The notes beneath the pieces were generated by a model that worked only from the letters and a program-made list of their open reading frames with translations, searched no databases and was not told the DNA's origin. Positions 32,300-41,937 of a stretch of 64,000 bases of DNA are shown piece after piece. Numbering within the stretch: position 1 is the stretch's first letter; every line of letters begins with the position of its first letter. The stretch lies in assembly GCA_963555825.3 (NCBI GenBank), contig CAUVXB020000001.1, positions 1,248,001 through 1,312,000 on the forward strand, written 5' to 3'. Origin of the DNA: Alphaproteobacteria bacterium (GTDB lineage Bacteria; Pseudomonadota; Alphaproteobacteria; JAAXGF01). The position numbers and the translations under genes are program-made.

Positions 32300-33569
32300 C
32301 TGCAAACTGGCAAAACCGCACGTTGTTTCACGGCGACAACCTTCCGTTCCTTCGCGCCATGAACAGCGAATCCATCGACCTGATCGCGACTGACCCACCA
32401 TTCAACAAGGGTCGGGACTTCCATGCCACTCCTGATAGCCTCGCCGCCGGGGCACGCTTCCAGGACAGATGGTCTTGGGAGCGCGACGTGCATCAGGAGT
32501 GGGTGGATCAAATCACCGATGATCATCCCAATGTCATGACGGTTATCCAAGGGGCGCGGATAAGCTACGGCGGCGATATGGGCGCGTTCCTGTGTTTCAT
32601 GGCCGTTAGGGTATTGGCGATGCACCGCGTATTGAAGCCGTCTGGCAGCATTTATCTCCACTGCGACCAGACTGCATCGCACTACCTCAAACAGCTAATG
32701 GATGCCGTGTTCGGGCGGCGGAGTTCGTAAACGAAATTGTGTGGTGCTACAAATCTGGCGGGGCCAGTTCGCGCTATTTTGCAAAAAAACACGACATGAT
32801 TTTTCTGTATGGAAAAAGCAAGAAATACATGTTCAGTGCGCAGAAAGAAAAATCTTACATGAAACCTTCTTCCGGAAAGAATCCCGCTCAAACCTACTAT
32901 CACGATAGAGATGGGAGCTACACACTTGTAAACACCAAAGATTGGTGGACTGATATCGGAATGCTTGCAACATCTGCCCATGAGCGAACAGCTTTCCCCA
33001 CACAAAAACCACTGCCATTATATGAGCGCATGGTTGGAGCAAGTAGCAACGAAGGCGATATTGTGCTCGATCCCTTTGCAGGCTGCGCGACCACGCTAGT
33101 TGCCGCCGAAAAGCTACAACGCCAATGGGTCGGTATGGATATTTGGGACGGCGCACATCGGCTTGTCGTTGACCGCATGGAGCGTGAAGTCGGGCTGTTC
33201 GGGAAGGTAGCGTTCACAAATAAGCCCCCTGCCCGCACGGACGACGGATTTACTTCCGCCCCCTTCCTCCGCGTCAAGCAGCGGGTGAGCGAGCCAGATG
33301 GGCCGAGCTGGACACGAGCCCAGATGTACGCGCACTTGCTGGAGCAACACGGCCCGCGTTGCCAAGGCTGCGACCGAGCCTTTGACGATCCTCGCTATCT
33401 CGAACTAGACCACAATACGCCGAGGTCAGACGGCGGGCTAAATCACATATCGAACCGCATCCTACTGTGCGGGCCGTGCAACCGGCTCAAGAGCAACACC
33501 TACACGCGGGTCGGGCTGCGGCGGGAGAACAAGCGCAAGGGCTACATGGCGACAGGGAGTGCAACATGA
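32296..33569 (+). pseudogene. Beta-class N6/N4 DNA methyltransferase fused to a C-terminal HNH nuclease; 1-nt frameshift near 32718
   Basis: DPPF, HCD, NEIVW, FPTQKP, DPFAGCATT, then CQGC...DHNTP...GG.N...CGPCNRLK. Confidence 0.88.
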
Positions 33570-33739
33570 CTGTAGAGCCGACCAAGAAGCGCACCCGAGG
33601 TCGCCCAGTCAAGAACACCATGCCGGAGCCGATCCCCGATACGCCGGAGAACATCGCGCGGGCGATCATGCGAGGCCCACCCAAGAAAGAATGGGATTAC
33701 ATGAAGGCGGCGGAGGCGCAAGATTCCACGGATAGGTGA
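33566..33739 (+). CDS. Small Pro/Arg-rich hypothetical protein, last gene of the transposon operon
   Basis: ATGA overlap, GGGAG RBS, 57 aa, stop just before the right IR. Confidence 0.6.
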   Translation: MTVEPTKKRTRGRPVKNTMPEPIPDTPENIARAIMRGPPKKEWDYMKAAEAQDSTDR

Positions 33740-33801
33740 ATGCGGCTCCTGGGTAAACACGTATATAATTCCCATTCGTAACTGTATCCCGCCTCTCTAG
33801 C

Positions 33802-33929
33802 GCATAATCCGGTCGATTGAAATCGATCGGATTATGCCAGCCTGCGACCGCAGGCCGCCGACCCTTCGGCGGAAGCATGCGCGGCGATTGAGCGCAGGTC
33901 ATATTTGCGCGGCAATAATGACCGCACAA
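33802..33929. repeat. Structured dispersed repeat, copy B
   Basis: Homologous to copies A and C; preceded by CTAG. Confidence 0.85.
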
Positions 33930-34003
33930 ACAACCCGGCGAGCGCTTGTCAAACGTGGCGCCGCGCCGTAGAGCTTGGAAAAGCAAGCGGGAGGAGACGC
34001 GAT

Positions 34004-35178
34004 ATGAGAACGACGATCGGCGCCGACGAGTTTGCCCAGCGCCGCGTCAGGGCGACCGACGTCGCGCGCGAGCGCGGCCTCAAGGGCCTGATGGTCTGCG
34101 CGCGTGGCGGCGGCTCGGTCGACCGCTACGGCGACGTCATGTACCTCAGCAACTTCTACACCGCCTTCCCGTTCATCCCCGACCGCCAGCCCGACTGGTC
34201 GGCGCGCGCGCATGCCTTCGTGCTGCTGCCGTTCGACGGTCCCGCGGTGCTGGTCTGCGACGTCAAACCGGGCGCCGACGACCACCTACCGATCGAGGAG
34301 GTCGTCGTCGCCAACGACATGGTCGCGGCGCTGGCGCAAGAGTTGGCCGCGCGCGGCATGGCCGAAGGCGAGATCGGCGTCGCCGGCGCCGACGCCGTGC
34401 CCTGGGGCGCCATGCGCAAGCTCGAGGCCGAAGCGCCGAAGGCGGTTTGGCGCGAGGCCGACGACATCATGGAGCGGATCCGCCTGATCAAGTCGCCGGG
34501 CGAGGTGGCGCTGCTGCGCGCGTCGTCGGCGATGGGCTCGCGCGCGATCGACGCCATGCTCGACGCCGCTGTACCGGGCGCGACGCAGGGCGCGGTCATG
34601 CTGGCCGGGCTCGAGGTCATGGTCCCCGAAGGCGGCATCCTTTACAACTCGTTCATGAGCGCCGGGCGCGGCGGCGGCAACGCGCAAGTCTGCGCCAGCG
34701 ACTTCCCGACCTGGGCGCATCCCGAGCCGCTGGCCGATGGCCAGTGGTTCCACGTCGGCCTCTCGGGCGTGCTCGACGGCTATTACTTCGACCACGCGCG
34801 CTCGGGCCCGATTGGCGACGCGCAGCCTGAGCAAATCCGCGTCTTCGAGGCGCCGATCGCCGCCGTCCAGGCCGGCATCGCCGCGATCAAATCGGGCGCC
34901 ACGGCGGCCGATGTCGCGATCGCCGCGCGGATCGGGTTGGAGGGCGCCGGCTTCCCGCTCGAGGGCAGCTTCCTCGGCTTCGGCCACGGCATCGGCCTTG
35001 GCTGGGACGCGCCCTGGCTGATCCCGGACGACGACACGCCGCTCGAGCCCGGCATGGTGCTGTGCGTCGAGCGCAGCGTGCGCCACGCCGGCTTCTACGG
35101 CGACTTCGAGGAAACCCCGTCCTGGTCACCGATGAGGGCTGCGAGCTTCTCACCGACGCGGTGGTTCGCCGCTGGTAG
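34004..35178 (+). CDS. M24 Xaa-Pro peptidase / creatinase-like protein, with an apparent +2 C frameshift near 35115
   Basis: RLIKSPGEV, GYYFD, GHGIGL, LEPGMVLCVE; the natural end EETVLVTDEGCELLT...W* lies in another frame after AAACCCCG. Confidence 0.82.
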
Positions 35179-35297
35179 GCGCCGGCGCGACCTGCCTTGC
35201 GTTCCGAACGGCGATCCGTCAGGATTGGCGCCAAGGCGCCGCCCGCCACGTCGCGTCGGCAGTCGGCGAAAACCAAGGTTCCAACGGGAGGAAAGAT

Positions 35298-36443
35298 ATG
35301 GAAACCAAACGCGACGTTGAACGCTTTATCGACGACTTCAAGATGCGCCGGCTCGACCGCCGCGACTTCTCCAAGGGGCTGGCCTCGGTCGGCCTGGTGA
35401 CGATCGGCTCGTCGGTCGTGCCGCAGCGCGCCTATGCCGCGGCCGACGAACAGCCGGTCTGCTTCACCTGGGGCGGCTACGAAGTGCCCGAGATGCACGG
35501 CGAATACATCACCAAACACGGCGAATCGCCGCGCTTCGCCTTGTGGGGCGACGAGGAGGAGGCCGAGGCCAAGATGGTCGCCGGCTTCCAGCCCGACGTC
35601 GCCATGCCGTGCTCGTACAAGGTTCAGAAGTGGAACGACTATGGCTTCCTCGACGAGATCGACACCTCGCGGCTGAGCCACTGGCCCGACATCATCGAGC
35701 CCTTGAAGGGCGTTCCCGACATGGCGATCGACGGCAAGCGCCTGATGGTCTGCGCCTGGTGGGGGCTGACCTCGGTCACCTTCCGCACCGATCTGGCGCC
35801 CGAGTACGTCGACCCGTCGACCCACACCTGGGGCATCCTGTGGGATCCCAAGTACGAGGGCCGGCTGTCGATGATCGACAGCCTGATCGACGGCGTCATG
35901 GTGGCGGCGATCTATTCCGGCGCCAAGGACCCGTTCAACATGACCCCCGACGAGGTCGCCAGAACCAAGGAGCTGATGGCCGAGCAGCGGCCGTTGCTGC
36001 GCTTCTACACCAACAGCGTCACCGAGTGGGAGCAGGCGCTCGCCTCGGGCGAGCTGGTCGCCGCGGCGTCGTGGAACAACACCATCACGACGCTCTCGAA
36101 GGACGGCCTGCCGGTCGCCTTCATGTTCCCCAAGGAGGGTCCAATGACCTGGACCTGCGGCATCGTCTTGATGAAGAACCGCGATGCCAACATGACCGAC
36201 CGCGCCTACGACCTGATCAACGCGTTCATGAGCCCCGACACGGGCGAGTACTGGGTCATGGAGAACGGCATGGGCCATGCCAACAAGAAGACCTACGAGC
36301 GCATCTCGGACGACGACCTGATCATGCGCGGCCTGACGCCGGGCAACATCGAGGAATACATCGCCTCGGGCATCTTCCAGGCGACGATCCAGAACGAACC
36401 CGAACTGCAGGCCATGTACGAAGAGGTCAAGGCCGGCTTCTAG
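35298..36443 (+). CDS. PotD/PotF-like extracellular solute-binding protein with Tat signal
   Basis: DRRDFSK twin-arginine, FTWGGY, W..LWDPKY.G, PKEG. Confidence 0.88.
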   Translation: METKRDVERFIDDFKMRRLDRRDFSKGLASVGLVTIGSSVVPQRAYAAADEQPVCFTWGGYEVPEMHGEYITKHGESPRFALWGDEEEAEAKMVAGFQPDVAMPCSYKVQKWNDYGFLDEIDTSRLSHWPDIIEPLKGVPDMAIDGKRLMVCAWWGLTSVTFRTDLAPEYVDPSTHTWGILWDPKYEGRLSMIDSLIDGVMVAAIYSGAKDPFNMTPDEVARTKELMAEQRPLLRFYTNSVTEWEQALASGELVAAASWNNTITTLSKDGLPVAFMFPKEGPMTWTCGIVLMKNRDANMTDRAYDLINAFMSPDTGEYWVMENGMGHANKKTYERISDDDLIMRGLTPGNIEEYIASGIFQATIQNEPELQAMYEEVKAGF

Positions 36444-36444
36444 G

Positions 36445-36566
36445 GCATATTCCGATCGATCGGAATCGGTCGGAATATGCCAGCCCGCGACCGCGGGCCG
36501 CCGACCGTTCGGCGAAAGCGTGCGCGGCGATTGAGCGCAGGTCACCTTGTAAAGGTGACCGCATAA
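36445..36566. repeat. Structured dispersed repeat, copy C
   Basis: Begins directly after the TAG stop (CTAG) of the solute-binding gene. Confidence 0.85.
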
Positions 36567-36615
36567 AGAGATAGGTTTTCGACGGCTCACCGAGCCGACA
36601 CTTTCCACCTCGACG

Positions 36616-36648
36616 CCCCCGCGGCCCGCGCCGCGGGGGTGTTTCTTT
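36616..36648 (+). terminator. Rho-independent terminator
   Basis: CCCCCGCGG/CCGCGGGGG stem followed by TGTTTCTTT. Confidence 0.7.
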
Positions 36649-37397
36649 GGGTGGGGGGCCGCGCGGCTAATCTCGGTTCCCGGTCAACCGCGCTGGATGA
36701 TCGCTCGACCAAGGGTTGCCAAACGTTGCATTGGCGAGGCCAAATACCGCACAGGAGCGAGGTTACCGAAACGAACCGACGATAACGGAGACAATTCCAA
36801 TTCATGCTTGAACTGTCGCGAGCACGCGACCGTCTTTACATCGCACTGGCTCTGCTCGTCGTGGCCAGCGCCGTGATCTCATATTTCAGCGCTCCCGCTG
36901 ACGTATTTTCCGTCACCGCTTGGTTTCTCACGACGCTGCTCGTCGTTCTAGGACCAATCACCAGTTGGATACTTCTGATTTTTCACGCGGGTGACGAGGT
37001 GTTCGTGACGGGGTTCGTATTCTCCGTCATATCGACGATCGTGCCAATTTGCCTTCTCTGGTGGAATTTCAAGCGGCCGGGAGTCTTGGCTTTGGCGCTC
37101 GCAACAGTCGTTTGGTTGATTGCTTGCCTATCCGGTTATCACCCACACCCACTATATGTAGTGTGCACCCATTTTCCTGAGTAAAGCTCGGTGCAGGTCG
37201 AAGCGGAGATATCTCCGGCGATGCCGAGCAGGGACTCGGACGGCATTGTAGCGGCTTTTAGGCGACACTTTAGCGTGGTGGAAATCCTAATCATTGAGTC
37301 GGATTTGGCAAAACGCCACGTTGCATAAAGGACCGTCACTTCATTGAAATTTATCTGAAATCGGAGGTGAACGACACCGATGGAATATTCCAGGAAA

Positions 37398-38883
37398 TCA
37401 GAGCTTCATTGAATTGTAGGATTCGAGTGCCGGATTATTCACAAATAGCTCTGTGAACTGGTTTTCAAGTTCGCTCAATACGTCATATGGAGTAAACGGA
37501 TTGAGGATCACGTTCTTGCGTGTCGCTTCGTCTTCGCTGCGACTCAAAACGCGCAGGAGACTAATACCGCATCCGGCTGATCAGTTCGGATAGATGGTTT
37601 TGGGCCACCAGTGGAAGTCGATACGCCCCTTGAAGAGTTCGGGATTGGCATCGAGAGTGAGGCAGCGCCGGGCGACGACGGCGTCGAGTTCCTCGATGGT
37701 CTCGAAGTGTCTGTTTGCGACCGGCTCGTCGAGTACGGGCCAGAGACATTCGGCCGGTTGCAGCTGGGGCGTATAGGGCGGCAAGTAGACGAGGTGGAGG
37801 CCTTCCGGCACCGTGAGGTTCGGCGCCGTGTGCCACCCGGCGCCGTCGATCACCAGGATGATGATGCGGCTCTGCCCAGCGCCGGCCTCGCGGGCGAAGA
37901 GGGCGAGCAGCTTCTCGAAGAATGGCTTGGAGACACAATTGGAGATGTACCAAAAGGTCTCTCCGCTGGTCGGCGAGACGAGGGCGGTGACGTAGAGCCA
38001 TTTGAAGCGGTGGTGGCCGAGCGCCACCGGGCGCATCCCGCGCGGCGCCCAGCAGCGCCGGGCCAATGGCTTCAGACCGAGCCGGTGTTCGTCGCTGGCG
38101 AAGACTTCGATCGGCGTGCCGGGGTGGCGCTCGGCTTCTTCCGCGACCAGGCGGTGAAGTTTTTTTTAAACGCCTGGCGTTCTTCCTCGCTCGCCGCCCC
38201 GGGGTTGTTCGGCCTGGGCACCTGCAAACTCCACTCGACTGCCTTCAGCGCCTCCCAGCCCCGTTGCGGCGCCACCGTCTCCAAGCCCAGTTCGCCCGCC
38301 ATCCAAGCCGCCACCTTCGGCCCAGACCACAAGCCGCCGTCCGCCGGCGGCTTTTTCAGGCGCTCTTTCAACACCGCCAGGACTTCCGGCTTCAGGATCG
38401 TCGCCTCGGAGCCGTTCGAGCGTCGACGATCGCCCAGCGACGACGGGCCGAGCTTGTTGTAGCGAGAAAGCAATTGTTCGAGCCAGCGTTGGCCGAAACT
38501 CGTCATCTCCGACACTTCGCGAACCGTATGGCCTTTGGCCAAAAGCCAGATCACCTGGAAGTGCCGCGCCTCCGTCGCCTCCGACGCCGAGCGATACCGT
38601 CCCTCCAACTCAGAAAGCTGCAAATGTTCCTCGACATGCGCCATGTCCCGCCCCTCCGCGAATCATGACTACGGATCCTAACCCTTTCCGATTCCAACGG
38701 GAATCCGTCGCAACCGAATCATTCAGGCGGAGTCGGTATCACAGGCGCGGACGGGTTCTTCGCAACGATTCGTGCCAGCGCGTCGCTTTCTTCGACTAGT
38801 GCCGTCAATCGCTCAGACGATGTCGTTTCATCAGCAGCTTCCCGTCTGGCCGTGGGTTTCTTCGTTTTTCCCTTGGTCGCCAC
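37398..38883 (-). pseudogene. Leucine-rich-variant/HEAT-like repeat protein of about 100 aa, split by IS630
   Basis: Rejoined frame ...IVAKNPSAPV|LLRVLSRSEDEATRKNVILNPFTPYDVL...NNPAL. Confidence 0.6.
37564..38739 (-). mobile_element. IS630-family IS; transposase 37581-38644 frameshifted at 38160-38170
   Basis: ATACCG...CGGTAT ends; SDEHRLG, DGAGWH, PYTPQLQPAE. Confidence 0.9.
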
Positions 38884-39138
38884 CGTTCCGTCCCCCGATG
38901 TTAAGTACGTGACGTGAATTAAACTCCGGTTCGGTTTTCAGAACAATCAAGAATTAGCCGGATCGCCTCCTCAATGCGCCTGCGCCGGCCCTTGCCTGCA
39001 GTCCAAGGAGACACACTACATATAGTGGGTGTGGGTGATAACCGGATAGGCAAGGTTGATTGAAGGGTTCTACTTTGCCATCGCCGTGTGGATTTAGGAT
39101 TTGACGATCAATTCTTGGCGCTAGGGACTTGCAGCAAA

Positions 39139-39651
39139 ATGAAAACTCCTGACCCGGAAGCGAGTCAACTGATTGAGACGATCCGCCGCGCATTCGCCGA
39201 CTGTCCTCAGCCGACCGACCAAAACATCGTGCCAGGCGATCCCTACGATGACTGGGAAGCCGTGAACGTTTACAAGGCGTACAGGGGCGCGACCTGGCAA
39301 GATATTGTATCGAATCTCGAACATTTTCGATTCGAACCAATCGGATTTCTAACCACTGACGCGCGCAGATACTTCCTCCAAGGCTATATGATTGCTTGTA
39401 TCTGCGACGCTGAAGAAGCGGACGTGTTGTGTGATGGAATCTTGTACGAATTAACGCCTCCCCAACCAGGGGATCGAAGCTTCGAGTTCTGGAAAAGTGA
39501 CTTTGATAACCTGACGAATCCAATGACGCGCGCACAACGCGAGGCCGTGCTCGAGTATTTGCGTTACGACTATGCGGGGTCGGACAAGTACGGTCGCGAA
39601 AAAATTGCGCCGCTCGTGGAGTTCTGGGAGGTTTTCGCGAAACAGGCGTGA
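39139..39651 (+). CDS. Hypothetical protein (DUF6714-like)
   Basis: IRRAFAD.P.P ... WQDI ... RYFL..YM pattern. Confidence 0.6.
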   Translation: MKTPDPEASQLIETIRRAFADCPQPTDQNIVPGDPYDDWEAVNVYKAYRGATWQDIVSNLEHFRFEPIGFLTTDARRYFLQGYMIACICDAEEADVLCDGILYELTPPQPGDRSFEFWKSDFDNLTNPMTRAQREAVLEYLRYDYAGSDKYGREKIAPLVEFWEVFAKQA

Positions 39652-39687
39652 GGTGTCGACGTCTCTTCGGCTCGCACCTCAAACAGT

Positions 39688-40593
39688 TTACGAACCCGTC
39701 AACCGTGCCGTCGCGCCCAGCACGCGGGCGACGGTGGCGCCCATTTCGGACGGGCTCGGCGCGATGGTGACGCCGGCGTCCTCGAGGATGCGGACCTTTT
39801 CGTCGGCGCTCTCGCCGAACGCCGAGATGATCGCGCCGGCGTGGCCCATGGTGCGGCCCTTCGGCGCCGAGAGGCCGGCGACATAGGCGACGACCGGCTT
39901 GGTCATGTGGTCGCGGATGAACTCGGCCGCCTCGGCCTCCTGCGGGCCGCCGATCTCGCCGATCATCATGACCACCTCGGTCTCGCCATCGGCCTCGAAC
40001 AATTCGAGCACGTCCTTGAACGACGAGCCGTTGATCGGGTCGCCGCCGATGCCGACGCTGGTCGTCACGCCGATGCCGAGCGCCTTCATCTGCGAGGCCG
40101 CCTCGTAGCCGAGCGTGCCCGAGCGGCCGACGATGCCGACCGGCCCGCGCGCGTAGATGTGGCCCGGCATGATGCCGGCGAGCGCCTGGCCGGGGCTGAT
40201 GACGCCGGCGCAGTTGGGGCCGAGGAGCCGCATGCGCCGGTTCGCCCGGTAGCGCCGCATATAGCGCTTCACCTGGATCATGTCCTGCGCCGGGATGCCG
40301 TCGGTGATCGCGATGCACAGCTGGATGCCGGCGTCGGCCGCCTCCATGATCGCGTCGGCAGCGAAGGGCGGCGGCACGAAGACGATGCTCGCCGTCGCGC
40401 CGGTCTCGGCGACCGCCGCCTTGACCGTGTCGAAGACCGGCACGCCGGCCGCCGTGGCGCCGCCCTTGCCGGGCGTTACGCCACCGACGACGCGGGTACC
40501 GTAATCGCGCATTTCCTGGGCGTGGAAGGCGCCGATGCGCCCTGTGATGCCCTGGACGACGACGCGGGTATCGGCATTGAGAAGGATGCTCAT
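39688..40593 (-). CDS. mtkB: Malate-CoA ligase / succinyl-CoA synthetase alpha subunit
   Basis: [33 protein letters not shown]; next to sgaA. Confidence 0.85.
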   Translation of the reverse strand: MSILLNADTRVVVQGITGRIGAFHAQEMRDYGTRVVGGVTPGKGGATAAGVPVFDTVKAAVAETGATASIVFVPPPFAADAIMEAADAGIQLCIAITDGIPAQDMIQVKRYMRRYRANRRMRLLGPNCAGVISPGQALAGIMPGHIYARGPVGIVGRSGTLGYEAASQMKALGIGVTTSVGIGGDPINGSSFKDVLELFEADGETEVVMMIGEIGGPQEAEAAEFIRDHMTKPVVAYVAGLSAPKGRTMGHAGAIISAFGESADEKVRILEDAGVTIAPSPSEMGATVARVLGATARLTGS

Positions 40594-41789
40594 GACGCGG
40601 GCCCTCCGGAAATCTGGGTTGTTTGGGCCGCCCGCCACACCGCGACCGAACATTCGGCGGCCTCGGCGAGCGTCTCGGCGGCGACGATGTCGAGCCCCGA
40701 GTGGGCCAGAATCTGGCGGCCTTCCTCGACGTTGGTGCCGGCCAGGCGGACGATCAGCGGCACGCCGACCGGTGATTTCTCGAGCGCCTGGACGATGCCC
40801 TCGGCGACCCAGTCGCAGCGGTTGATGCCGGCGAAGATGTTGACCAGAATCGCCTCGACGCCCTGGTCCGCGGCGACCAGCCGAACCGCCTTGGCGACGC
40901 GTTCGGGCGTCGCGCCGCCGCCGATGTCGAGGAAATTGGCGGGCTCGCCGCCGGCCTTCTCGATCATATCCATGGTCGCCATGGCGAGGCCGGCGCCGTT
41001 GACGACGCAGCCAATCCGGCCGTCGAGCCCGACGTAGGAAAGGCCGCGGTCCGATGCCTGGGTCTCGCGCGGGTCCTCCTGCGACTTGTCGCGCAACTCG
41101 GAGATCTCGGGCCGGCGGTAGAGCGCGTTGTCGTCGAAGGTCATCTTGGCGTCGAGCGCGACCAGCGCGCCATCGGCGGTCAGCGTCAGCGGGTTGATCT
41201 CGACCATCGTCGCGTCGAGCTCGCGGAACGCCCGGTAGCAGCCCAGGAAGGTCTCGACCGCTTGGGGAATGACCGCCGGATCGAAGCCGAGCGCGAAGGC
41301 GATCTCGCGCGCCTGGAAGGCGGGCATGCCGACGGCGGGCTCGACCGAGGTGCGGATGATCGTCTCGGGCGCTTGCGCGGCGATCCCCTCGATCTCCATG
41401 CCACCGGCCGACGAGGCGACGACCATGACGCGCTCGGTCTTGCGGTCGAGCACGAAGGCGACGTAGACCTCGCGCACGAACGGCACGGCGGCCTCGACCG
41501 AGAGCCGGTAGACGACGCGCCCGCGCGCGCCGGTCTGCTCGTTGACCAGCCGCTTGCCGAGCAGTTCGTCGGCCGCGTCCCACACCGCGTGCTCGGAATC
41601 GCACATGATGATACCGCCCGCCTTGCCGCGGCCGCCGGCATGCACCTGGGCCTTGACCGCCCAACGATGGCCGCCGATCTCGCGCGCCCGGTAGGCCGCC
41701 TGCTCGGGGCTGTAGGCGAGACCGCGGCGCGGCACGGCGACACCGAAGCCGGCCAGCAAGTCCTTGGCTTGGTACTCGTGGATATCCAT
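40590..41789 (-). CDS. mtkA: Malate-CoA ligase beta subunit
   Basis: [40 protein letters not shown] (malate thiokinase-type variant). Confidence 0.88.
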   Translation of the reverse strand: MDIHEYQAKDLLAGFGVAVPRRGLAYSPEQAAYRAREIGGHRWAVKAQVHAGGRGKAGGIIMCDSEHAVWDAADELLGKRLVNEQTGARGRVVYRLSVEAAVPFVREVYVAFVLDRKTERVMVVASSAGGMEIEGIAAQAPETIIRTSVEPAVGMPAFQAREIAFALGFDPAVIPQAVETFLGCYRAFRELDATMVEINPLTLTADGALVALDAKMTFDDNALYRRPEISELRDKSQEDPRETQASDRGLSYVGLDGRIGCVVNGAGLAMATMDMIEKAGGEPANFLDIGGGATPERVAKAVRLVAADQGVEAILVNIFAGINRCDWVAEGIVQALEKSPVGVPLIVRLAGTNVEEGRQILAHSGLDIVAAETLAEAAECSVAVWRAAQTTQISGGPAS

Positions 41790-41937
41790 GGCACGTCTCC
41801 TGGTCCCGCGGTGGCTTGGCCGCGGTGAGAGTTTTGGTTGCGTTCAATCGCCACGCAGACTTTCGCCGAACGGTCGGCGGGCCCGCAGTCGCGGGCCAGC
41901 GTAGTCCAAGCGAGGCGACTCGCCCGGACTACGCGGG

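Larger units (their letters stand above)
30979..33773 (+). mobile_element. IS1595-family transposon with passenger genes
   Basis: Perfect IRs GGGAATTATATACGTGTTTACCCA; 8-bp duplication ATTCGTAA at 30971-30978 and 33774-33781. Confidence 0.95.
37123..39054. mobile_element. Non-autonomous cassette with 43-bp perfect IRs
   Basis: CTTGCCTATCCGGTTATCACCCACACCCACTATATGTAGTGTG at both ends; 8-bp duplication GTTGATTG. Confidence 0.92.
36804..39097 (+). pseudogene. Hypothetical membrane protein interrupted near its C-terminus by the 37123-39054 cassette
   Basis: Removing the cassette gives ...TVVWLI|EGFYFAIAVWI*. Confidence 0.7.

Noticed and set aside
34887-36608. 573-aa minus-strand ORF (likewise 38954-40318 and other Arg/Pro-rich ORFs)
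   Set aside because: Shadow or off-frame ORFs over recognisable genes
39688-41847. 719-aa apparent fusion
   Set aside because: The real alpha subunit starts at 40593; the upstream part is an off-frame overlap with mtkA
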